Of a stretch of 64,000 nucleotides of DNA, positions 28,601 to 39,600 are shown piece by piece (position 1 is the stretch's first letter; each line of letters starts with the position of its first letter). The DNA comes from Azolla caroliniana (Eukaryota > Plantae > Polypodiophyta). The DNA lies in NCBI GenBank assembly GCA_043228905.1, contig JBHGNT010000029.1:248001-312000 (forward strand), in the 5' to 3' direction. The translations under genes and the position numbers were made by a program. The notes under the pieces are model-generated. The model searched no databases. It saw nothing but the letters and a program-made list of their open reading frames with translations, and was not told the origin of the DNA.

Positions 28601-31075
28601 ATCCGATATCACACGAGCCAAGTATGAATATTTTAAATTGCTCAAGGACTCTACTCAACTTCCTCCTCAAATTTGGTAATTTCGTCATGTCTCTCGACCT
28701 GAGTTTCGAGATCTGGATTTTTTAATTCCATATCATAGCTAGAGTTGTTAGCTTCGATTTGCATGTTTGAACAGAGAAATCTGATATCACACGAGCGCGG
28801 TATGAAGAATTTAATCTACTCATTCGCCCTACTCAACTCCCTCCTCAAATTTGGTAATTTCGTCATGTCTCTCGACCTGAGTTTCTAGATCTTGATTTTT
28901 TAATTCCATATCATAGCTAGAGTTGTTAGCTCCGATTCCCATGTTTGAACAAAGAAATCCGATATCACACGAGCGAGGTATGAACATTTTAATTTGCTCA
29001 AGGACTCTACTCAACTCCCTCCTCAAATTTGCTAGTTTCTTCATGTCTCTCGACCTGAGTTTCAAGATCTGTATTTTTTAATTCCATATCATCGCTAGCA
29101 TTGTTAGCTCCGATTCCCATGTTTGAACACAGAAATCCGATATCACACGAGCCAGGTATAAACATTTTAATTTACTCATTCGCCCTACTCAACTCCCTCC
29201 TCAAATTTGGTAATTTCTACATGTCTCTCGACCTGAATTTCAAAATTTAGATTTTTTAATTCCATATCATAGCTAGCGTTGTTAGCTTCGATTCGCATGT
29301 TTGAACAGAGAAATCCGATATCACACGACCGAGGTATGAATATTTTAATTTGCTCAAGGACTCTACTCAACTCCCTCCTCAAATTTGCTAATTTCTTCAT
29401 GTCTCTCGACCTGAGTTTCAAAATCTTGATTTTTTAATTCCATATCATAGCTAGCGTTGTTAGCTTCGATTTGCATGTTTGAACACAGGAATCCGATATC
29501 ACACGAGCGAGGTATGAACATTTTAATTTGCTCATGAACTCTACTCAACTCCCTCCTCAAATTTGCTAATTTCTTCATGTCTCGCGACCTGAGTTTCGAG
29601 ATCTGGATTTTTTAATTCCATATCATAGCTAGCGTTGTTAGTTCCTATTCCCATGTTTGAACAAAGAAATCCGATATCACACAAGCGAGGTATTAACATT
29701 TTAATTTGCTCAAGGGCTCTACTCAACTCCCTCCTCAAATTTGCTAATTTCTTCATGTCTCTCGACCTGAGTTTCACAATCGAGATTTTTTAATTCCATA
29801 TCATCGCTAGCATTGTTAGCTCCGATTCCCATGTTTGAACACAGGAATCCGATATCACACGAGCGAGGTATGAACATTTTAATTTGCTCAAGGACTCTCG
29901 ACCTTAGTTTCGAGATCTGGATTTTTTAATTCCATATCATAGCTAGAGTTGTTAGCTTCGATTTGCATGTTTGAACAGAGAAATCCGATATCACACGAGC
30001 GAGGTCTGAACAATTTAATCTACTCATTCCCCTACTCAACTCCCTCCTCAAATTTGGTAATTTCTTCATGTCTCTCGACCTGAGTTTCAAAATCTTGATT
30101 TTTTTATTCCATATCATAGCTAGCGTTGTTAGTTCCGATTCCCATGTTTGAACACAAAAATCCGATATCAGACGAGCGAGGTATGAACAATTTAATTTAC
30201 TCATTTGCCCTACTCAACTCCCTCCTAAAATTTGGTAATTTCTTCATGTCTCTCGACCTTAGTTTCGAGATCTGGATTTTTTAATTCCATATCATAGCTA
30301 GAGTTGTTAGTTTCGATTTGCATGTTTGAACACAGGAATCCGATATCACACGAGCGAGGTATGAACATTTTAATTTGCTCAAGGACTCTACTCAACTCCC
30401 TCCTCAAATTTGCTAATTTCTTCATGTCTCTCGACCTGAGTTTTGAGATCTGGATTTTTTAATTCCATATCATCGCTAGCATTGTTAGCTCCGATTCCCA
30501 TGTTTGAACACAGAAATCCGATATCACACGAGCCAAGTATGAATATTTTAAATTGCTCAAGGACTCTACTCAACTTCCTCCTCAAATTTGGTAATTTCGT
30601 CATGTCCCTCGAACTGAGTTTCAAAATCTTGATTTTTTAATTCCATATCATAGCTAGCGTTGTTAGTTCCGATTCCCATGTTTGAACACAGAAATCCGAT
30701 ATCACACAAGCGAGGTATTAACATTTTAATTTGCTCAAGGGCTCTACTCAACTCCCTCCTCAAATTTTGTAATTTCTTCATGTCTCTCGACCTGAGTTTC
30801 AAAATTTTGATTTTTTAATTCCATATCATAGCTAACGTTGTTAGCTTCGAATGGCATGTTTGAACTCAAAAATCCGATATTACACGAGCCAGGTATGAAC
30901 ATTTTAATTTGCTCAAGGGCTCTACTCAACTCCCTCCTCAAATTTGGTAATTTCTTCATGTCTCTCGACCTGAGTTTCAAAATCTTGATTTTTTAATTCC
31001 ATATCCTAGCTAGAGTTGTTAGCTTCGATTTGCATGTTTGAACACAGGAATCCGATATCACACGAGCGAGGTATG

Positions 31076-31810
31076 TGTTGGGATTTACGGTCCCTCCGGA
31101 TGGGATGTCCGGAGATGAATGACGGCAAGCCCGGTTACGGTTACGGAACCGGATGAAGATACAGGTCCGGTGAGCGCACTCTCCGGATGATGAAGAATAC
31201 CCGGTATGAAGCCGGATGAAGAGTACCCGGATACGGATCCGGATGATGAAGTACCCGGATACGGATCCGGATGATGAAGACCCCGGCTACGGAGCCGGAT
31301 GACGAAGACCCGGCTACGGAGCCGGATGATGAATGTACCCGGAGAGAGATCCGGATGCGGGGACATATTTATAAATATGTTTGCCAAGAGCCCTTGAGGC
31401 TATATTTGTAAATAGCCCGAAAGTCATATGTGTATAAATATGACTTAGGGCAAACAGTTTAGTGCTGCTGCTTATTTTTCTGTTTTCACTTAGAGAGAGT
31501 GAAGAGAGCAGCCGAGAGAGAGAGAGAGAGAGAGAGAGACGAGGAGGTCGTTGCCTCTGTGTATTACCGCCGCCTGTGGCGAAGATAGTGAGCTTAAGGT
31601 TGTTGCCTTGAAGCTTCACCATTGTACATCTCTGTTCATAGTGATAGTTGGAGTTTGAGGACTCCCGTGGTTTTTCCCATTTAGGGTTTTCCACGTTAAT
31701 CCCTGTGTATCGCGTCTTTCTCTGTATTTCCTATTTTCTGCTGTATTGATCCGCGATTAATTGGTTGTGGCCGGAACGGTGAAGGCGAATCGGAGCGTTG
31801 ATTCGCAACA
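31076..31810 (+). repeat. 5' LTR (735 bp)
   Basis: TGTTG...CAACA. U3 built of CCGGATGATGAA-like repeats, TATAAATA at 31370 and 31433, (GA)13 tract. Confidence 0.97.
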
Positions 31811-31813
31811 AAG

Positions 31814-31825
31814 TGGTATCAGAGC
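31814..31825 (+). promoter_or_regulatory. Primer-binding site, tRNA-iMet
   Basis: TGGTATCAGAGC 3 bp after the 5' LTR, the canonical plant initiator-Met tRNA PBS. Confidence 0.95.
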
Positions 31826-31841
31826 GACGGCAGTGCAGAAA

Positions 31842-34800
31842 ATGGAAGGCGGCAGCAGCGGGCAGCCGGGGATGATGGTGCTGAATGCGCAGAACTACGC
31901 CGACTGGAAGATCAAGATGGAGGATCTTCTGATTGTTCGGGACCTGTACGAACCGATTGACAGGTCGGAAATACCGAAAGGGGTACTTGAGACGGAATGG
32001 AGGCTTCTGAACCGGAAAGCCGTTGCAACCATCCGGCAATACGTCGACGTGAGCGTTCTACAACATGTGGCGAACGACACCAACGCATACGAGATGTGGC
32101 GGAAGCTGTCGGGCCTCTACGAGAGGAAGAATGCGTTGAACCGGACCTCCCTGATGAGGAAGATAGTGAACCTCAAGTACCGGGACGGCGAGAGCATGGT
32201 GGAACACGTAAGCACGTTCATGGGATTCGTGAACCAGCTTGCGGCAATCAAGTTCCCGCTGGAGGATGCAATGCAAGCCATCATTCTGATGTGTACATTG
32301 CCGGAAAGCTGGGAGAACTTGGTGGTGACTCTCAGCACCTCCTGCACCGAAGATAACTTGTCCTTGCAAACGGTAAAGACGAGTATTTTGAATGAAGAAG
32401 CGCGTCGGAGGGATAAAGAACTGGCCTCCGACCCGAAGGCGCTGCTTACCGAATCGGATCGGGGAAGACAATGGAACCGGAGTCCGCAAAGACGGGAGAA
32501 GTCGGGGACCCGGTCGCAGTCAAGAGGAAGGCCCACATGCTTCCACTGTGGGAAGCCGGGGCACTTCCGGAAGAATTGTCGGCATTACCGAAAGGACAAC
32601 GGAGCCGACGACACCGATTCGAAGAAGTCACCGGAGAGAAACGGTGCATACCGGGGAGCCACGGACCGGAGAGGTCCGGATCGGCGAGGGCAGGACCGGA
32701 AAGGAACGACGGCACTCGCGGCAAGTGAAGAGGAGATCATGCTCATTACCGAAGAGTGGGAGCTGAACCTTGCCGGAGAAGAGATGACCTGGGTGGTCGA
32801 TTCCGGAGCGTCGTTCCACCTGACCCCGGAGAAGAAATACTTCTCATCCTACACAGCCGGTGAGCACGGCTGTGTCCGGATGGGAAATGAAGGTACATGC
32901 CGGATTGCCGGCATAGGAGACGTGTGGTTAACAACCTCGACCGGATGCAAAATGCTGCTGAAGGATGTTCGACACGTTCCGGAGGTTCGATTGAACCTGA
33001 TTTCGGCCGAGAGGCTAGACGATGAAGGCTACACGGGTAGCATCCGGAACGGTGTCATGAAGTTCAGCAAAGGAAGCCTGATAGTGGCTCGGGCCCGGAA
33101 GATCAACACGCTGTACCTGATGAATTCCCGGCTATGTCCGGAAGAGCTGAATGTGGCAGCCGACACTGCCGGTGAGCTATGGCACAAGAGACTGTGCCAC
33201 ATGAGCGAGAAGGGGATGAAGAGGCTTGCAGAAGACAACCTCATCCCAGTGAAGCATGTGCACCTGGAGAAGTGCACCGATTGCCTGGCCGGTAAGCAGA
33301 ACCGAACCTCCTTCCACTCAAGGCCACCGACGAGACGTAGCGCACCATTGGAGCTGGTGCACACTGACGTGTGTCAAGTAGAAACGAAGTCACATGGCGG
33401 AGCCCAGTACTTCGTAACATTCATAGATGATCACAGCCGGAAGCTGTGGACAGCACCGTTGAAGACAAAGGACCAAGTATTGTCCGTCTTCAAAGAACTC
33501 CACGCGAGAGTGGAAAGAGAATCCGGCAAGAAGCTGAAAGCGATACGAGCGGATAACGGAGGGGAATACCGGGGGCAGTTCCAGGAGTACTGTCGCTCGA
33601 AGGGAATCCGGCTCGAGTTTACTGTGCCGAAGACGCCGGAACTAAACGGGCTGGCCGAGAGGATGAACCGGACCATAATGGAGAGGGTCCGGAGTATGCT
33701 GGCGCATGCAAAATTACCCAAGGGGTTTTGGGCTGAGGCAATGTCGACGGCGACATACGTGATAAACAGATCACCCTCAGTACCTTTGGACGGAGACACG
33801 CTGCAGAAAGTGTGGACCGGTAAGGAAGTGTCCTACCGGCATCTGAAGGTGTTCGGGTGTCTCGCATACGTGCATGTGGCAAAGGACCGGAGAGGAAAGC
33901 TAGATCCAAAGACCCGGCCATGCATATTCCTCGGTTACGGCGACGATGAGTTCGGCTACCGAGTATGGGACCCGGTCGACAAGAAGATATTCAGGAGTAG
34001 AGATATCATCTTCATGGAGGACAAGACACTCGCCGACTGGGAGTCGGAGAAGAAGATGAAGAGCTCCAAGTCGACCGGTGAGGATCAACTCTACGAGGAG
34101 CAGTCCCGACCGGCAAGGGACCGGTTAGCACTCGAGGATCCGGCCGAAGACGGTGAAGAAATAGAACCGGCCGAAGAAGATGAAAATGATACCGGAACCG
34201 GCCCCGATCCCGAAATGGATTCGGATGAAGAAGAATCGGAAGAACCGGTTACCGAAGCTCCGGAACGGAGATATCCTCTAAGAGAGAGAAGGGCCCCCCG
34301 GAGATTTCCGGAACCAGAGCACGTGCTGCTAACCGACGAGGGGGAGCCAGAGAGCTTTGAAGAAGCAAAGCATGACACCCATAGCCGCAGGTGGTTAAGT
34401 GCCATGCAGGAGGAGATGGATTCCCTGCATGAGAACCACACATATGAACTTGTGGAGTTGCCGAAAGGAAAACGGGCACTCCGTAACAAGTGGGTGTTCA
34501 AGCTGAAACCGGGAGATACCGGAAACCCCCCGAGATACAAAGCCAGGATCGTGGTGAAGGGGTTCCAGCAGAAGAAGGGCGTCGACTTCGACGAGATATT
34601 TGCCCCGGTAGTGAAGATGACCTCCATCCGGACGGTGCTGAGCATAGCGGCAAGCATGGACCTCGAGGTAGAACAGATGGACGTGAAGACGGCATTCCTT
34701 CACGGTGACCTCGAAGAAGAGATCTACATGCAGCAACCAGAAGGATTCGAGAAGAAAGGGAAGGAGCACCTGGTATGCCGGTTGAAGAAAAGCCTTTACG

Positions 34801-35915
34801 GACTGAAGCAGGCTCCCCGGCAGTGGTACCGGAAGTTCGACTCCTTCATGACCGACGAAGGGTACCACAAGACGCAGTCCGATCACTGCGTGTTTGTGAA
34901 GAAGTTCGAAGGAGGAGACTCTCTAATACTCCTCCTGTACGTGGACGACATGTTGATCGTCGGACGGGACCAGGTCAAGATACGGATGCTGAAGAAGGCT
35001 CTTCACCGAACCTTCTCAATGAAGGACCTGGGTCCGGCGAGGCAAATACTGGGGATGCATATCATCCGGGACCGGAAGAAGAAGCAGTTGTGGCTGTCAC
35101 AGGAGAAGTACGTGACAAAGGTGCTTCACCGGTTCAACATGTCGGAAGCAAGACCAGTCGGGTCGACTCTCCCGGCAAACTGCAAGCTGTCCAGCAAGCA
35201 AAGTCCCAAGACAAAGGCTGAGAAGGAGGACATGATGAAAGTACCATATGCCTCTGCCGTCGGGAGCTTGATGTACGCGATGGTGTGTACCCGACCGGAC
35301 ATAGGATATGCAGTCGGAGTGGTGAGCCGGTACATGAGCAATCCCGGCAAAGAGCATTGGAACGCGGCCAAGTGGATACTCCGATACCTAAAGGGCACGG
35401 CAAACGTGTGCCTCCGATTCGGCTCCGGTAAGCCCGAACTCGACGGCTTCACCGATTCGGATATGTCGGCTGATGCAGATATCAGCCGGTCCACATCAGG
35501 GTATGTGATGACGTATGCAGGGGGAGCTGTTTCGTGGCAGTCGAGGCTGCAGAAGACGGTTGCGTTGTCAACCACGGAGGCGGAGTACATGGCGGCTGTT
35601 GAAGCCGGCAAGGAAATAATATGGATGAAGGACTTCATTAGAGAGCTTGGTATCCGGCAGGAGGAGTATCGACTCTACTGCGACAGTCAGAGTGCCATCC
35701 ACCTTGCGAAGAATGCGGCCTATCACTCCCGGACGAAGCACATCCAGCGAAGATATCACTGGATCCGGGAAAGGATAGAAGATCAGGAGTTCGTGCTGAC
35801 GAAGATCCACACGGACGAGAACGGGTCGGATATGCTGACCAAGGTACTTACACCCGACAAGCTGGAAGCATGCCGAAAGAGGATCGGATTGGAGAGACAT
35901 CCCATGCCGAAGTGA
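31842..35915 (+). CDS. Gag-Pol polyprotein (~1357 aa from first ATG after the PBS)
   Basis: Zinc knuckle CFHCGKPGHFRKNC; protease WVVDSGAS; WHKRLCH...CTDC; integrase D,D,E (VHTDV, ADNGGEY, AERMNRT); RT KSLYGLKQAPR and LYVDDM; RNase H DSD/TEAEY/CDSQSA. The ORF-track start at 31761 lies inside the LTR and is not ATG. Confidence 0.96.
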   Translation: MEGGSSGQPGMMVLNAQNYADWKIKMEDLLIVRDLYEPIDRSEIPKGVLETEWRLLNRKAVATIRQYVDVSVLQHVANDTNAYEMWRKLSGLYERKNALNRTSLMRKIVNLKYRDGESMVEHVSTFMGFVNQLAAIKFPLEDAMQAIILMCTLPESWENLVVTLSTSCTEDNLSLQTVKTSILNEEARRRDKELASDPKALLTESDRGRQWNRSPQRREKSGTRSQSRGRPTCFHCGKPGHFRKNCRHYRKDNGADDTDSKKSPERNGAYRGATDRRGPDRRGQDRKGTTALAASEEEIMLITEEWELNLAGEEMTWVVDSGASFHLTPEKKYFSSYTAGEHGCVRMGNEGTCRIAGIGDVWLTTSTGCKMLLKDVRHVPEVRLNLISAERLDDEGYTGSIRNGVMKFSKGSLIVARARKINTLYLMNSRLCPEELNVAADTAGELWHKRLCHMSEKGMKRLAEDNLIPVKHVHLEKCTDCLAGKQNRTSFHSRPPTRRSAPLELVHTDVCQVETKSHGGAQYFVTFIDDHSRKLWTAPLKTKDQVLSVFKELHARVERESGKKLKAIRADNGGEYRGQFQEYCRSKGIRLEFTVPKTPELNGLAERMNRTIMERVRSMLAHAKLPKGFWAEAMSTATYVINRSPSVPLDGDTLQKVWTGKEVSYRHLKVFGCLAYVHVAKDRRGKLDPKTRPCIFLGYGDDEFGYRVWDPVDKKIFRSRDIIFMEDKTLADWESEKKMKSSKSTGEDQLYEEQSRPARDRLALEDPAEDGEEIEPAEEDENDTGTGPDPEMDSDEEESEEPVTEAPERRYPLRERRAPRRFPEPEHVLLTDEGEPESFEEAKHDTHSRRWLSAMQEEMDSLHENHTYELVELPKGKRALRNKWVFKLKPGDTGNPPRYKARIVVKGFQQKKGVDFDEIFAPVVKMTSIRTVLSIAASMDLEVEQMDVKTAFLHGDLEEEIYMQQPEGFEKKGKEHLVCRLKKSLYGLKQAPRQWYRKFDSFMTDEGYHKTQSDHCVFVKKFEGGDSLILLLYVDDMLIVGRDQVKIRMLKKALHRTFSMKDLGPARQILGMHIIRDRKKKQLWLSQEKYVTKVLHRFNMSEARPVGSTLPANCKLSSKQSPKTKAEKEDMMKVPYASAVGSLMYAMVCTRPDIGYAVGVVSRYMSNPGKEHWNAAKWILRYLKGTANVCLRFGSGKPELDGFTDSDMSADADISRSTSGYVMTYAGGAVSWQSRLQKTVALSTTEAEYMAAVEAGKEIIWMKDFIRELGIRQEEYRLYCDSQSAIHLAKNAAYHSRTKHIQRRYHWIRERIEDQEFVLTKIHTDENGSDMLTKVLTPDKLEACRKRIGLERHPMPK

Positions 35916-35923
35916 AGGGGGAG
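35914..35923 (+). other. Polypurine tract
   Basis: GAAGGGGGAG overlaps the pol stop codon and ends 2 bp before the 3' LTR. Confidence 0.92.
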
Positions 35924-35925
35924 TT

Positions 35926-36361
35926 TGTTGGGATTTACGGTCCCTCCGGATGGGATGTCCGGAGATGAATGACGGCAAGCCCGGTTACGGTTACGGAACC
36001 GGATGAAGATACAGGTCCGGTGAGCGCACTCTCCGGATGATGAAGAATACCCGGTATGAAGCCGGATGAAGAGTACCCGGATACGGATCCGGATGATGAA
36101 GTACCCGGATACGGATCCGGATGATGAAGACCCCGGCTACGGAGCCGGATGACGAAGACCCGGCTACGGAGCCGGATGATGAATGTACCCGGAGAGAGAT
36201 CCGGATGCGGGGACATATTTATAAATATGTTTGCCAAGAGCCCTTGAGGCTATATTTGTAAATAGCCCGAAAGTCATATGTGTATAAATATGACTTAGGG
36301 CAAACAGTTTAGTGCTGCTGCTTATTTTTCTGTTTTCACTTAGAGAGAGTGAAGAGAGCAG

Positions 36362-36392
<31 letters not shown>

Positions 36393-36662
36393 GAGGAGGT
36401 CGTTGCCTCTGTGTATTACCGCCGCCTGTGGCGAAGATAGTGAGCTTAAGGTTCTTGCCTTGAAGCTTCACCATTGTACATCTCTGTTCATAGTGATAGT
36501 TGGAGTTTGAGGACTCCCGTGGTTTTTCCCATTTAGGGTTTTCCACGTTAATCCCTGTGTATCGCGTCTTTCTCTGTATTTCCTATTTTCTGCTGTATTG
36601 ATTCGCGATTAATTGGTTGTGGCCGGAACGGTGAAGGCGAATCGGAGCGTTGATTCGCAACA
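35926..36662 (+). repeat. 3' LTR (737 bp)
   Basis: By eye it differs from the 5' LTR by 2 substitutions and one extra GA unit. Confidence 0.97.
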
Positions 36663-39600
36663 GTATGAACAATTTAATTTACTCATTCGCCCTACTCAAC
36701 TCCCTCCTCAAATTTGGGAATTTCTTCATGTCTCTCGACCTGAATTTCAAAATTTAGATTTTTTAATTCCATATCATAGCTAGCGTTGTTAGCTTCGATT
36801 CGCATGTTTGAACAGAGAAATCCGATATCACACAAGCGAGGTATTAACATTTTAATTTGCTTAAGGGCTCTACTCAACTCCCTCCTCAAATTTGGTAATT
36901 TCTTCATGCCTCTCGACCTGAGTTTCAAAATCTTGATTTTGTAATTCCATATCATAGCTAGTGTTGTTAGCTTCGAATGGCATGTTTGAACACAAAAATC
37001 CGATATTACACGAGCCACGTATAAACATTTTAATTCGCTCAAGGGCTCTACTCAACTCCCTCCTCAAATTTGGTAATTTCTTCATGTCTCTCGACCTGAG
37101 TTTCAAAATCTTGATTTTTTAATTCCATATCCTAGCTAGTGTTGTTAGCTTCGATTTGCATGTTTGAACACAGGAATCCGATATCACACGAGCGAGGTAT
37201 GAACATTTTAATTTACTCAAGGACTCTACTCAACTCCCTCCTCAAATTTGCTAATTTCTTCATGTCTCTCGACCTGAGTTTCGAGATCTGGATTTTTTAA
37301 TTCCATATCATCGCTAGCATTGTTAGCACCGATTCCCATCTTTGAACACAGAAATCCGATATCACACGAGCCAAGTATGAATATTTTAATTTGCTCAAGG
37401 ACTCTACTCAACTTCCTCCTCAAATTTGGTAATTTCGTCATGTCCCTCGACCTGAGTTTCAAAATCTTGATTTTTTAATTCCATATCATAGCTAGCGTTG
37501 TTAGTTTCGATTCCCATGTTTGAACACAGAAATCCGATATCACACGAGCCACGTATAAACATTTTAATTTGCTCAAGGGCTCTACTCAACTCCCTCCTAA
37601 AATTTGGTAATTTCTTCATGTCTCTCGACCTGAGTTTCAAAATCTTGATTTTTTAATATCATATCATAGCTAGCCTTGTTAGCTTCGATTTGCATGTTTG
37701 AACACAGGAATCCGATATCACACGAGCGAGGTATGAACATTTTAATTTGCTCAAGGACTCTACTCAACTCCCTCCTCAAATTTGCTAATTTCTTCATGTC
37801 TCTCGACCTCAGTTTCGAGATCTGGATTTTTTAATTCCATATCATCGCTAGCATTGTTAGCTCCGATTCCCATGTTTGAACACAGAAATCCGATATCACA
37901 CGAGCGAGGTATGAACATTTTAATTTGCTCAAGGACTCTACTCAACTCCCTCCTCAAATTTGCTAATTTCTTCATGTCTCTCGACCTGAGTTTCGAGATC
38001 TGGATTTTTTAATTCCATATCATCGCTAGCATTGTTAGCTCCGATTCCCATGTTTGAACACAGAAATCCGATATCACACGAGCCAAGTATAAATATTTTA
38101 ATTTGCTCAAGGACTCTACTCAACTTCCTCCTCAAATTTGGTAATTTCGTCATGTCCCTCAACCTGAGTTTCAAAATCTTGATTTTTTAATTCCATATCA
38201 TAGCTAGCGTTGTTAGTTCCGATTCCCATGTTTGAACACAGAAAGCCGATATCACACGAGCCAGGTATAAACATTTTAATTTGCTCAAGGAAACTACTCA
38301 ACTCCCTCCTAAAATTAGGTAATTTCTTCATGTCTCTCGACCTGAGTTTCAAAATCTTGATTTTTTAATTCCATATCATAGCTAGCGTTGTTAGTTCCGA
38401 ATCCCATGTTTGAACACAGAAAGCCGATATCACACGAGCCAGGTATAAACATTTTAATTTGCTCAAGGGCTCTACTCAACTCTCTCCTAAAATTAGGTAA
38501 TTTCTTCATGTCTCTCGACCTGAGTTTCAAAATCTTGATTTTTTAATTCCATATCATAGCTAGCGTTGCTAGTTCCGATTCCCATGTTTAAACACAGAAA
38601 TCCGATATCACACGAGCCAGGTATGAACATTTTAATTTGCTCAAGGGCTCTACTCAACTCCCTCCTCAAATTTGGTAATTTCTTCATGTCTCTTGACCTG
38701 AGTTTCCAGATCTTGATTTTTTAACTCCATATCATAGCTAGCGTTGTTAGCTTCGATTTGCATGTTTGAACAGAGAAATCCGATATCACACGAGCGAGGT
38801 ATGAACAATTTAATTTACTCATTCGCCCTACTCAACTCCCTCCTCAAATTTGGTAATTTCTTCATGTCTCACGACCTGAATTTCAAATTTTAGATTTTTT
38901 AATTCCATATCATAGCTAGCGTTTTTAGCTACGATTCGCATGTTTGAACAGAGAAATCCGATATCACACAAGCGAGGTATTAACATTTTAATTTACTCAA
39001 GGGCTCTACTCAACTCCCTCCTCAAATTTGCTAATTTCTTCATGTCTCTCGATCTGAGTTTCCAGATCTTGATTTTTTAATTCCATATCATAGCTAGCGT
39101 TGTTAGCTCCGATTCCCAGGTTTGAATAGAGAAATCCGATATTACACGAGCGAGGTATAAACATTTTAATTTGCTCAAGGGCTCTATTCAACTCCCTCCT
39201 CAAATTTGGTAATTTCTTCATGTCTCTCGACCTGAGTTTCACAATCGAGATTTTTAAATTCAATATTATAGCTAGCATTGTTAGCTTCGATTCGCATGTT
39301 TGAACACAGGAATCCGATATCACACGAGCGAGGTATGAACAATTTAATTTACTCATTCGCCCTACTCAACTCTCTCCTCAAATTTGCTAATTTCTTCATG
39401 TCTCTCGACCTGAGTTTCCAGATCTTGATTTTTTAATTCCATATCATAGCTAGCGTTGTTAGCTTCGATTTGCATGTTTGAACACAGAGAAATCCGATAT
39501 CACACGAGCGAGGTATGAACAATTTAATTTGCTCAAGGGCTCTACTCAACTCCCTCCTCAAATTTGGTAATTTCTTCATGTCTCTCGACATGAATTTCAC

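Larger units (their letters stand above)
31076..36662 (+). mobile_element. Full-length, apparently intact Ty1/copia LTR retrotransposon (Tnt1/Tork-like), 5587 bp
   Basis: Two LTRs with TG...CA ends, TSD GTATG (31071-31075 and 36663-36667), PBS, PPT and one uninterrupted gag-pol ORF in copia domain order (IN before RT). Confidence 0.98.

Noticed and set aside
31731-36546. Many antisense and alternate-frame ORFs in the copia element and LTRs
   Set aside because: Expected shadows of a GC-rich, stop-poor coding strand and repetitive LTR; no recognisable motifs.
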